DNA from: an uncultured Lachnospiraceae bacterium
GTDB lineage: Bacteria; Bacillota; Clostridia; Lachnospirales; Lachnospiraceae
Direction: 5' to 3'
Assembly (NCBI GenBank): GCA_902795855.1
Contig: CADBMW010000144.1
Coordinates: 1 to 45,021, forward strand
Length of the DNA stretch: 45,021 bases
The translations under genes and the position numbers were made by a program. Below the pieces are notes generated by a model. That model was not told where the DNA came from and made no database searches. It saw only the letters and a program-made list of their open reading frames with translations. Of this stretch, positions 1-9,531 are shown piece after piece. Numbering within the stretch: position 1 is the stretch's first letter; the number at the start of each line of letters is the position of its first letter.

Positions 1-86
1 CGGAGAGGATGGGATTCGAACCCATGTGCCCTTGCGGACAAACGGTTTTCAAGACCGCCTCGTTATGACCACTTCGATACCTCTCC
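1..86 (-). tRNA. tRNA-Ser (anticodon TGA); 3' end at the window edge
   Basis: Reverse complement GGAGAGGTATCGAAGTGGTCATAACGAGGCGGTC-TTGAAA-ACCGTTTGTCCGCAAGGGCACATGGGTTCGAATCCCATCCTCTCCG shows an acceptor stem, a TGA anticodon, a long variable arm and a GGTTCGAATCC T-loop. An encoded CCA cannot be seen because the window ends. Confidence 0.97.
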
Positions 87-161
87 CTGGTATACTAAGC
101 AGATAACTAACTGCTTTTTTATAGTCACAAAAGTAGTCGCTTTTTTCCAGCGACTTTGACT

Positions 162-190
162 ATAATAGCAAAACTGTTTTTCTATGTCAA
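162..190 (-). promoter_or_regulatory. sigma-A promoter for the tRNA-Ser
   Basis: TTGACA (190-185), 17-bp spacer, TATTAT (167-162) with an extended TGn. A/T-tract UP-like region at 195-225. Confidence 0.85.
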
Positions 191-230
191 CAACTTTTTT
201 AAATTTTTTTTTAAAAATTTTTTTTGTTCA

Positions 231-290
231 AATCTATGACTTCGACTCCTGTTATAAGCACTGTCCAGGAGTCGATATTTTTCATAGATT
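231..290 (-). terminator. Hairpin at the 3' end of the Tad/surface-protein operon
   Basis: TCGACTCCTG (242-251)/CAGGAGTCGA (266-275) plus outer AATCTATGA (231-239)/TCATAGATT (282-290), immediately after the stop at 298. The U-tract is weak. Confidence 0.55.
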
Positions 291-297
291 TATTATA

Positions 298-2619
298 CTA
301 TTTTAACGTTATCATTTTTACCTTTGACCAGTTACCATGTTCCGTTTTTCCTTTTTTGTTTTTGACACCTCTGATTCTTATATAGTACTTCTGATCTTCT
401 TTCATTTCTTTAAACTCATAATTTGTCTTCTGTGTCTTATAAGTTTCAGTATATTTCTTTTTAAACTTTTTTGATCTGGATATCTGAATCTGATATTTTT
501 TGTATCCTTCCATTTTACTCCAGCTCACCTTTATACTTCCTTTGGATGATACATTTAGTTTTACCTTTTCCTGAGTCTGTTTTTTCTTATCATCCTCATT
601 TGTAAGCTTAATGGATTTCACTTCGCCTGTTTCCCCAATCTCAGTTATAGAAGATGTATCACTGTCCCCGGTATTCTCTCCCCGCTTCCACTTCGCTGTC
701 AAGGATGCATCTTTTTCAAATGTTGAAATATCTCCATCTCCAATTTTTACTCCGTTTATATACCATCCTTCAAAACTGTATCCGGATCTGACCGGAGTTG
801 GAAGATTTAGTTTCTCACCGTAAGTGACTTCCATCTTTGTATCAGTTAACTCACCACCATTTGAGTTCAGTTTTAGCATAGCATTTCTTGGAGTCCACTT
901 AGCCACAAATGTTATATTTTCAAGAAACTGGTTAATGGTATTTCTTGTTATCCTTTTATCCCCTGCATACCAGCCTTCGAAAATATAGCCCGTTCTTACA
1001 GGTGTCTCCAGATTATCTATCCTGCTGTTAAAGATTGCTACTGTAGTCTGGTTTTGTACTTTACCACCACTAGCATCCAAAGTAACATTTACAGTCAGTG
1101 GTTCGAAAAGTGCAGTGATCTGTCCAACATCCTTAACATCCATTCCACCTACTTTTGTAATCAGCTCACCGTCTGCCATAAATCCCAGGAAACGATACCC
1201 TCTTTTCAGAAGCTCTGCATTTGTCCCCTGAGTGTCACCTGTTATTTCAATCCCTTCCGTCAGGTCTATTTCTTTTTCTATACTGTATTCAAGCTCCGTT
1301 AGTTTCAGCTTAAGCTTCATATCATTTGCCACAATACGTGAGATATATTTTTTAGGAACAAATCTGGCATATAATATATGGTCTTCATCCTCGTCAGATA
1401 TATTTGATTCTCCGATTTCATTTGCCTTATCCAGGTAATAAGGATCATTATACCAGCCCTTGAAAATGTAATCCTTCGCCGATGCGTCCATCAGTTCCTT
1501 TGTTCCGTCAGTCACTGTCCAGGACGAAAATGCATTTGGATTATTGATTGATGTTTTTAATTCCGGCAGTACATATTTTATGGCATATGTTTTCTTTTCC
1601 CACAAAGCATTGATTTTGATCAAAGGCATGTCCAGACCATGGGTACTGATTAGTTTATCAATATCCTTTATCTTCATATAAGCCGGAAAGCTGTTTTTAT
1701 CCCAGCCCTTAAATTCATAGTATGGTCGTTCCAGCTTAAGCGAAACATTACACCCCTTGGCATTTTGTACCATTATTTCCCTGCCTGTTAATTCGTTATT
1801 GTCCAATAACTGCAGCCTGTATCTTTCATATGTAATAAAGTTTTCAGTATTAGATTCAAGGATAACCGGATCAAAAGAACTATAGATTTTCCTTATATTG
1901 TACATTTCACTATATTGGGACTTATATACCAGTATCATATTGTCTGATAAACCGGATGAAAGCATTTTACAATACACCCTGTCATTGGTATTATTAGCTA
2001 CTACGTCTGCAGATGACAGATTCAGATTTTCTGACTGACCAAAACAATCAAAAGCCTTTACCACATTCTTTGAGATTATAACCCTTCTATCTTTAATTAG
2101 TCCTGATATGTCCGTATCGGTACCCAGATTATCAAAAACCGGAATCAGCATATCCAGATCAACCTCTCTTAGTTTTCCCGAATCAAGCTTTTTAAGAACA
2201 GAAAGATAAGCATTTCCAAAGGAGTTATTATTTAATTCAAACTTTGAACTGCCTGAGTAATTGATACTTTCTACATTATGAAGCTCCTGCTCGAATGAAA
2301 ATGGCATAAGGTCTCCGGAATAATTAATTGTTGAGCTTATAATCTGAGCTCCTTTGGGAATATCTGATACTAAATCTTTATCCTTTTTATAGTTAATTTT
2401 CAAAGTTGAATTACTAATCTCAAATATAGCCTTATAGGATGCCTCCGCAGTTTTGATAAAAGTATCTCCATTTTCCTTATAACGGACTTTTTTTATCATC
2501 TCAAGAGTATATGTATCTGAAGCAGCATTAACACTGGCCAGGCCCGATGTCCATATTACAAAAAGCATTATCACCCATAAAACTAATTTCAAAATGACTA
2601 TTCGTTTTTTATCCATCAT
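298..2619 (-). CDS. Secreted InlB B-repeat (Listeria-Bacteroides repeat) protein with C-terminal basic FN3-like domain
   Basis: Signal peptide ending ASVNA. Repeats such as LDASGG...TPVRTGYIFEGWY...FVAKW and LNSNGG...TPVRSGYSFEGWY...LTAKW. C-terminal SIKVSWSK...YQIQIS...YYIRIRG...GNWS. Confidence 0.8.
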   Translation of the reverse strand: MMDKKRIVILKLVLWVIMLFVIWTSGLASVNAASDTYTLEMIKKVRYKENGDTFIKTAEASYKAIFEISNSTLKINYKKDKDLVSDIPKGAQIISSTINYSGDLMPFSFEQELHNVESINYSGSSKFELNNNSFGNAYLSVLKKLDSGKLREVDLDMLIPVFDNLGTDTDISGLIKDRRVIISKNVVKAFDCFGQSENLNLSSADVVANNTNDRVYCKMLSSGLSDNMILVYKSQYSEMYNIRKIYSSFDPVILESNTENFITYERYRLQLLDNNELTGREIMVQNAKGCNVSLKLERPYYEFKGWDKNSFPAYMKIKDIDKLISTHGLDMPLIKINALWEKKTYAIKYVLPELKTSINNPNAFSSWTVTDGTKELMDASAKDYIFKGWYNDPYYLDKANEIGESNISDEDEDHILYARFVPKKYISRIVANDMKLKLKLTELEYSIEKEIDLTEGIEITGDTQGTNAELLKRGYRFLGFMADGELITKVGGMDVKDVGQITALFEPLTVNVTLDASGGKVQNQTTVAIFNSRIDNLETPVRTGYIFEGWYAGDKRITRNTINQFLENITFVAKWTPRNAMLKLNSNGGELTDTKMEVTYGEKLNLPTPVRSGYSFEGWYINGVKIGDGDISTFEKDASLTAKWKRGENTGDSDTSSITEIGETGEVKSIKLTNEDDKKKQTQEKVKLNVSSKGSIKVSWSKMEGYKKYQIQISRSKKFKKKYTETYKTQKTNYEFKEMKEDQKYYIRIRGVKNKKGKTEHGNWSKVKMITLK

Positions 2620-2622
2620 CCG

Positions 2623-5600
2623 CTATGCTCCTTTCACTTTTCTAATTCTCTTACGTCTTATAACAAATGCTATTCCCCCTCCGCTGATAAGCATAAGCGC
2701 CATTACATAGAGTATGAATACCGATCCTGTTTTGGGAACTCCCAGCAAAGTGGGCTTACTTACAAAAGCATCAACCTTTGGATTTGGTGTATTCTCAGAA
2801 AGATTGATATATAACTCCTTATGTTTTTCAGGTATTGCTATCATCTGGTTTTTATCCTCCAGATCATTATGACAGCCAACCAGCATATCATATGAATTGT
2901 ACAGATCTTCGAATACCACCACTTCCATTTTATTTAGATTGGATGTGTTAAATGGTATATCTATTTTGATTTCTCCATCCGCTTTTTCAGGAACAAATTC
3001 CAGGAGCATTTTTACAGGATTTCCATCTACTCCCAAAAGCATATCTCCATCCTTATAATTTCCGGTTGTATCATTCTTAACATGAAGGGTTGCTGTAAGC
3101 TTGTATGTTTTTCCGGGAATCAGATTGCTATAGGTAACCGTGTCCTCTATAACTGTATCCGTATCCTGAGGTGCCACCTGACTATCTGTAGTTTTGTCCC
3201 TGGCTTTGGTATGAACCGAAACAAAATAGATAAACTGATCTACGTCGTTTATATCCTTATGCTCCGCTATAAGCTTCGATCTGTCCTCCTGATTTTTCTT
3301 TTCTACAAGATATAATTCTTCAAAAACAACTCCGGTTACATTATCAAGATTTGATACATCATAGCCTTTAAACAAAAGATCAAAGCTTCCATCTAAAGCA
3401 TCACCTTCCACCTGTGAATTCCCGGTTGTAAAATAGTCCAGAGCAGTTATCTCTTTTCCTGCAGCATCCTTTATTACTTCTCCTGTGGATTTATTCATCA
3501 GCTTTCCACATACCATATATGTTCTGTTTTTCAGAAGATTATGGTAGCTTATGGTATCGGTAAACTGAGTTTTGGAAATGTCATTTACACCAGGGAGTTG
3601 TTTTGCTGTCTCATCATTTATTACCGGTTTTCCATCCCAGGTCTTTGGAACCGTCATGGACCATGTGGTGGTTTTCATCTCCGGAAAGTGTACAGTCTGA
3701 TTTCCGTCATTTATATCAGCATGAACTACCAGAGTGATATCTTTATAGCTTAATTCTTCAAAGGCAACTATTGACTTTCCCCTCAGGGAAGCAGCTGATA
3801 TGACAAATTGAAGATCTTCATAGCCTTCTTCCTTTTCGGGAGTAAAGCTTTTCTCAACCTCCAAAGGTTTTCCATCAGCATCCTTATACACTTCGCCTGT
3901 TTCCTTTATGTGAAGCGTTCCCTTGATGGTATAGCTTTTTCCGGGCTCAAGGCCTTCATAAAATACCCTGTCACTTATGGTTATTTTTTCACTGGGATAT
4001 GCCACCTGATCATTAGTTACTGTATCCATGGCAGTGGTATGTATGTCAGCAGGATTTACCGTCTGAAAACTGTCTCCAGGGTCCTTATGCTCCAACGGGA
4101 AGAAATCCATCTGAGATTCATCATCATAACCTTCATAAGTTCTTCTGATGGTATCATCCTTTACGGCCTTCTCCAGTTCCTCCAGTGTTTCGTATTTATC
4201 TGCATACAAAGTTTCATAAACAACAAAATGCTTTTTTCTAATTCCTGTCGGATCTATATTTTCAAGAGATACTTCTACAGTACTTTGCTTTTCAAAACGG
4301 GAACGGGAATAAGACAACTCAGTACTGAAGTTTTCAATTCTTTTATATTCCTTGTCTCCCTCCATATACGGTGAAATATTACCTTCTTCATCAACTATCA
4401 TAAGCTCCGTAAGAAGTGTATAGTCTCTTCCGGCCATAAGGTTCTTGCAGGTCACAGTATCTATAATGGTCTGATTTTTATAGTCCTGAATAAGTACCTT
4501 CAGATCAGTGTCTTTTACAACTGCTGTTGTTGATAATTCAGGCTGGGGAACGTTTGTAATCTTTTCATCTGAAGCTTCGGCATTTTTATCAAATACATTT
4601 ACCAACTGGTTCTCTTCGCTGATTTCAAAAGTAACCGGTTCCTCCAGCTGTCTTCCTTTGTTGGCCTTACATCTCATTTCGGTTATTCTGTATTTCCCAA
4701 AGGGCAGCGCTCCTCTGCCTGACTTTTCGGCTGACGGGGGATTACTATCACTCTTTGTTCCATCAAACCATATAACCGAAGGTGTCCCATCATAATCATC
4801 TACAAGATCATAATGATTCACGTATTTCATATATTCTTCTGCTTCAAGAATTAAGTCCTGCCTTGTACTAACATGTCCCTTTTCATCAGTAAATATAAAA
4901 TGAGTTTCCAGAGTACTTCCATCTGAAGACAGGCTTTCAATTTTGAATTTAACATTAGCAAGGGGGATGTCATTTCCTTCATCGTCCTGCTTTTCAATCC
5001 TCTTTGTCAGCTGAACATTTCCGCGTATCTCAGGATCCTCAAATATCATCCTTACCTCAGGATCATTCTCGTCCTTTATCACGCTTATTCCCTTTGTTTC
5101 CAGCTCTCCATAGGTTGTTGCATTACCCGGGTGATATATCAGATGTTTGAAACTCTTACCATCTCCACTCCTTTCGGCTGCCGAAACAAATACGGGATTA
5201 TCACTTATATCTACTAAACCATTTTTTGTTTCTATATAGATTTTATAGTCTTTATTTTTATAACCTGCAGGTGCTTTGGTTTCTTCTAATGTTACAAAAC
5301 CAAGAGGAAAATCTTTTCCTGCTCCTAAGACAGCTTTATAGCTTCCATCACTTTGCTTCGTTGTACTGACAGTTTCAGAGTACTCATTTTTTAGTGCATT
5401 TTGATATTCATTTTTTAACTCATAGGAGGTGTGCATCACTGAAGTATCTGCCCCATAAAAGTTTAGTCTGAACTCAGCTCCCTCCAGACCATCTCCTATA
5501 CCTTCTTCACTTCCGGTTTCTGCATCCACCTTTTTGATCACAACCTGAAGAGGATTCATTACCGGCACATCCGATACAACTATGTTTGCCGGATTAGTAT

Positions 5601-8600
5601 AGGTATTGTCATCCCTTAGGATCAAAGGATATATTTTGTCCGATTTCATATATCCCTTTTCCCCTGGGCTTTTTTCAACTGCAAAAACCTTCTTCTGAGG
5701 ATACTGATTATTTACCTTTTCAAAATCAGTACATATGTTATAAATCTGGGAATCACCATTTTCATCAACAACTATTTCCTTACTGTCTACTGCAGCTCTT
5801 ACACCATTTATTTCCTTCATATACTGAAGATTGATTGCTCCGGAATAATCATTTGAAGCAGCTGCCTGCTTAGCAGCCTCTGCAGTTTCAAACAGGCAGT
5901 AGGATGCCCCCTTTAATGAATAATTCGGATTACCATCTGTATACTCCGGTCTCGAAGATTTCTTTTTCAGATGAACAGAAATCTCCTCATAGTTATAAGC
6001 CGTAACAGAGGTGGTCTGATTATAAAAATTATAAGTATTCAGATATTTCTCACTATAACCATCTGTATATACCTCCAGTGTCAGTACTGTATTCTGATTT
6101 ATATAATTTCCGTTTTTGTCTTTGTAATACCATATCTCCGGATAGCTGGCGGCCGTCTGCTCATACTCCTGAAATTTGTAGGTATAATGCTGATAGGATG
6201 GAAGATAACCCAGAGACACTGTAGCATTTCCGTTTCCATCTGTTACCAGCATATCACCTACATTTACTCCGGGACCATTTGACTCAATGCACTTGAAATA
6301 TACTCCCGGCATAAGACGGTTCAGTCTTTTGGATTTTTTACTGATATTCAGATAATATAATTTTTTCATCTGCCAGAAAGGCTGATAGGTTATGGTGTCT
6401 GCATATCCAGGAACAAAATCATCTATGTTTAATGTAAGAACATTTGCTATAGGATGTCCTCCGTTGGGCGAACTATTTGCAGTTGAACGCCCTGTATAGG
6501 TTCCATCCGGATTTAATAACTGATATCCAAAGGGAGCCACAGTTTCCACAATATAAAAATACTTATAACCTGCACTGTACTGGGCAGAAACGTCCATGGC
6601 CCAGACACTGCTTCCATTTAATGCAGCCGCTACATTGTCAGGATTCACCAAAATAGTGGCGCCTGCCGAAGCCGGAATATTGCCATTCACCACTGAGTTA
6701 ATGATCACATTTCCGCTGCTATCCAGTACATAGTTATAAGCAGCCCCCTGCAGAGCCTGTACATCCACCGGACTCTTTGCCGCCACCACGTAAAACCTGG
6801 CACCTGCATAAGCATATCCATCAGTTATGGGCTGCCCTGTAACTGCATCCAGTTTTTGAAATGCTATACACTTATGTTCCTCATCCTGATTAGACATCAA
6901 TGGCGGTGCAGAAGATTTTGATGATGTGGCCGTTGTTTCGATTGCTTTTATATAACCTGAAGCAAGAGTATATTTTAGTCCTGATGGCGAAGATGCTTTA
7001 ACATTTGTTCCATCGCTTATGGAATCTATGACGCTTAGTCCTGAGGTTGTTTTGGGCAGTGAAAAGGTACAATCAGAATAATCATTTCCTGCCTTACCAG
7101 ACTTTATACCCATTTCCTTTATTACGATAATATCTCCATCATCCAGCGAGTCACAGGATCCATCACTGTTTATCTTGTTTCCCTTTATATCTATTATTTC
7201 ATTTGCGACACCTGAACTGTTTGTCTTAAGATAACCCACATGGGTAAATGAACTTCCGGATTTTTTTAATACATCAAACCATACATTTCCAAGATTTTTC
7301 TTCGAATAAGAAACACTGCCATCGGAATTTACTATCCTTTCAGTAAGCTGTTTATGGACTCCTGCAAAGGCAGGCTTCTTTTCATAATCCATGGTAAATG
7401 TAACTCTGATGTACTGACCACCACTTGCAACGGGAACATAGCCACCTTGAAAATATTCAGATGTATAAGTAGCCGTCTTGCTGCCATCGGGGTTTTTAAC
7501 CACGCTTGTCAGATATACCTGTCCGGAAATAGTATTCACACTGTTAGACTGAAAAGGAATAGCCTTACCCGGCGAATTACATCTGGTTTCCTTACACGAG
7601 AAATTCTTATAATCACTTTTGGAATATCCACTGTCTACTATTGAAACAAGAACCGGATTATAAGGAGCCCCCACATAGTTATAATAATGTCCATGAACTG
7701 AGTTAGTTGCCGGATCTATGGTATAAGGGGCACAATTAACAGTGCAACGGGCATTTATAGCATAGGGAAATTCTTTAGTTGCATTGATATATGTGCCCTT
7801 TATAACTATGTCATCATCTCCTGCTGCAGGTGCATCAGTCTCTGTTGCATATTCTTCAGAATCTGTTTCCGATGCATATTCCCTGGCTGTTTCCACCATT
7901 TCTCTTGTAAATACATCTTCCCTTTCTATGACCTTATTCGGTCCATCAGCCAGGAGGTAGCCTGAAAATCTGGCAGAAGCTATGGAGGTGGAATCGGCAA
8001 ACACATAATAATCCACACAGGATCCAAAATTAGATACTCCTTCTCTTAAGCCTCTTGCATCACATGCACCTATGGTGGTAACTCCCGGAATTCCGGCAGG
8101 CACATAATATGAAGCATCCTTACCATTATTTCCTGCTGCAGCCACCACATGTATTCCTCTTTCTCTTGCCTGTGAAATGGCATTTCTAAGTATGTCACTG
8201 TCTGCAGAAATCTGAGAACAAAGGGACATATTGATGATTGAAACATTTGAAGCTATGGCATACTGAATGGCAGCATAGATATCTGCCACCTTTCCTGTAG
8301 CACTGCTATTAAGTGCTTTGATAGAAAGAATCCTTGCACCGGGATTTGCCGCTGAAATAGATGCAGCCATCATGGTTCCATGGCCATTATCATCACCAGC
8401 TGAGCCTCCAAGCACTGATACACTTTTCATCACATTCTTACCTGCAGCACCTGAATCAATAAGAGCTATACATCCACTACAGTTTACCGGTGTCATATCA
8501 TTTATATTAGATATGGAATCAGATTCATTATTTAGATTTGTCAGATCTGCTTCCCCGCTCATTGCCTTAACAGATGAATTGACATCTATGAAGCTGACCT

Positions 8601-9519
8601 TATTAAAATAATAGGTATATGCACTCTCACACTGTGCAGCATCTTTATATCTTGTAAGATAAACACCCCTGTATTCTGATACCACCTCTGTATCGGCAGT
8701 AAATACGGCCGGATCTGAGGTAGCTATAAGCAGTTCTCTCCCACTGAAATTTAAGCCTGCAGTTGATACTCCATCATATATTCTGTCAAAGGTTGGAGCT
8801 GTCTCATCATCATTCTGATCCTTTTTTTCTCCCTTTTTATTTGTCTTATCAGAATCATTTTTATTTCCGGAAATCTCATATTTCTCAGAAGCATTTGCCA
8901 CATCATTCATTATGATGGCATCTGCAGAATAATCTGTTATTCCCGGATTATCTCCAGCTTCCGGCTCCTCTGTATTTTCTGAAGAATCAGAATTCTTATC
9001 TGGCTCCTTCTCTTTATCAGACTTCTCCAGATTATCTGTCACTGTGGCCTCATTATTCACATTATTCACCGATACCTCAGAACCCTTATCTTCTCCGGAT
9101 TCGTAAGTATCACCTGATTCTTTTCTCTCCGGAGATACCTTATTATCCCCGGATTCTTTATCATCTACAGATTCTTTACTATTTCCTGAATCTATATCAT
9201 CTTTATTCTCTGAATCATCTGAATTTTTTCCATCATCATCGGAATCCTTTTTATTATCCGTATTTTCAATATCTGAAATCTCACTTATTGAATCAATTGA
9301 AGCATCTGGTATTTCACCACCAGCTTCATTATCTTCTGTATTCCCTTGAGTTTCTCTGACTTCCTCCCTTACTGATTCAGCAGTTTTTCCGGAAATGCTA
9401 TCCATTATTTTTTCATCGGCATGTGATGATATATAACTTGATGTAAATGCCGATGCCACCATTGATAAGGCAAGGATCAGAGAAAGTATTTTCTTATGTT
9501 TATTAAATATATTTTTCAT
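2623..9519 (-). CDS. Giant sortase-anchored surface protein: S8 subtilase domain, CnaB/SpaA-like domains, four VaFE (Thr-Gln ester bond) domains, VPKTG anchor
   Basis: Signal peptide and acidic linker. S8 motifs IALIDSG, GHGT, AAAGN, STSIAS. CnaB-like motifs (KKVDAETG, GAEF, LEETKAPAGY, GKYRITE). Four HxDxxDxxQ motifs with V(A/V)(F/Y)E. VPKTG followed by a TM segment and a basic tail. Confidence 0.85.
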   Translation of the reverse strand: MKNIFNKHKKILSLILALSMVASAFTSSYISSHADEKIMDSISGKTAESVREEVRETQGNTEDNEAGGEIPDASIDSISEISDIENTDNKKDSDDDGKNSDDSENKDDIDSGNSKESVDDKESGDNKVSPERKESGDTYESGEDKGSEVSVNNVNNEATVTDNLEKSDKEKEPDKNSDSSENTEEPEAGDNPGITDYSADAIIMNDVANASEKYEISGNKNDSDKTNKKGEKKDQNDDETAPTFDRIYDGVSTAGLNFSGRELLIATSDPAVFTADTEVVSEYRGVYLTRYKDAAQCESAYTYYFNKVSFIDVNSSVKAMSGEADLTNLNNESDSISNINDMTPVNCSGCIALIDSGAAGKNVMKSVSVLGGSAGDDNGHGTMMAASISAANPGARILSIKALNSSATGKVADIYAAIQYAIASNVSIINMSLCSQISADSDILRNAISQARERGIHVVAAAGNNGKDASYYVPAGIPGVTTIGACDARGLREGVSNFGSCVDYYVFADSTSIASARFSGYLLADGPNKVIEREDVFTREMVETAREYASETDSEEYATETDAPAAGDDDIVIKGTYINATKEFPYAINARCTVNCAPYTIDPATNSVHGHYYNYVGAPYNPVLVSIVDSGYSKSDYKNFSCKETRCNSPGKAIPFQSNSVNTISGQVYLTSVVKNPDGSKTATYTSEYFQGGYVPVASGGQYIRVTFTMDYEKKPAFAGVHKQLTERIVNSDGSVSYSKKNLGNVWFDVLKKSGSSFTHVGYLKTNSSGVANEIIDIKGNKINSDGSCDSLDDGDIIVIKEMGIKSGKAGNDYSDCTFSLPKTTSGLSVIDSISDGTNVKASSPSGLKYTLASGYIKAIETTATSSKSSAPPLMSNQDEEHKCIAFQKLDAVTGQPITDGYAYAGARFYVVAAKSPVDVQALQGAAYNYVLDSSGNVIINSVVNGNIPASAGATILVNPDNVAAALNGSSVWAMDVSAQYSAGYKYFYIVETVAPFGYQLLNPDGTYTGRSTANSSPNGGHPIANVLTLNIDDFVPGYADTITYQPFWQMKKLYYLNISKKSKRLNRLMPGVYFKCIESNGPGVNVGDMLVTDGNGNATVSLGYLPSYQHYTYKFQEYEQTAASYPEIWYYKDKNGNYINQNTVLTLEVYTDGYSEKYLNTYNFYNQTTSVTAYNYEEISVHLKKKSSRPEYTDGNPNYSLKGASYCLFETAEAAKQAAASNDYSGAINLQYMKEINGVRAAVDSKEIVVDENGDSQIYNICTDFEKVNNQYPQKKVFAVEKSPGEKGYMKSDKIYPLILRDDNTYTNPANIVVSDVPVMNPLQVVIKKVDAETGSEEGIGDGLEGAEFRLNFYGADTSVMHTSYELKNEYQNALKNEYSETVSTTKQSDGSYKAVLGAGKDFPLGFVTLEETKAPAGYKNKDYKIYIETKNGLVDISDNPVFVSAAERSGDGKSFKHLIYHPGNATTYGELETKGISVIKDENDPEVRMIFEDPEIRGNVQLTKRIEKQDDEGNDIPLANVKFKIESLSSDGSTLETHFIFTDEKGHVSTRQDLILEAEEYMKYVNHYDLVDDYDGTPSVIWFDGTKSDSNPPSAEKSGRGALPFGKYRITEMRCKANKGRQLEEPVTFEISEENQLVNVFDKNAEASDEKITNVPQPELSTTAVVKDTDLKVLIQDYKNQTIIDTVTCKNLMAGRDYTLLTELMIVDEEGNISPYMEGDKEYKRIENFSTELSYSRSRFEKQSTVEVSLENIDPTGIRKKHFVVYETLYADKYETLEELEKAVKDDTIRRTYEGYDDESQMDFFPLEHKDPGDSFQTVNPADIHTTAMDTVTNDQVAYPSEKITISDRVFYEGLEPGKSYTIKGTLHIKETGEVYKDADGKPLEVEKSFTPEKEEGYEDLQFVISAASLRGKSIVAFEELSYKDITLVVHADINDGNQTVHFPEMKTTTWSMTVPKTWDGKPVINDETAKQLPGVNDISKTQFTDTISYHNLLKNRTYMVCGKLMNKSTGEVIKDAAGKEITALDYFTTGNSQVEGDALDGSFDLLFKGYDVSNLDNVTGVVFEELYLVEKKNQEDRSKLIAEHKDINDVDQFIYFVSVHTKARDKTTDSQVAPQDTDTVIEDTVTYSNLIPGKTYKLTATLHVKNDTTGNYKDGDMLLGVDGNPVKMLLEFVPEKADGEIKIDIPFNTSNLNKMEVVVFEDLYNSYDMLVGCHNDLEDKNQMIAIPEKHKELYINLSENTPNPKVDAFVSKPTLLGVPKTGSVFILYVMALMLISGGGIAFVIRRKRIRKVKGA

Positions 9520-9531
9520 ACTCTCATCCTC

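Noticed and set aside
8990-9330. ESGD-type degenerate repeats in the giant protein
   Set aside because: Low-complexity acidic linker with no regular DNA repeat unit supporting a separate feature.
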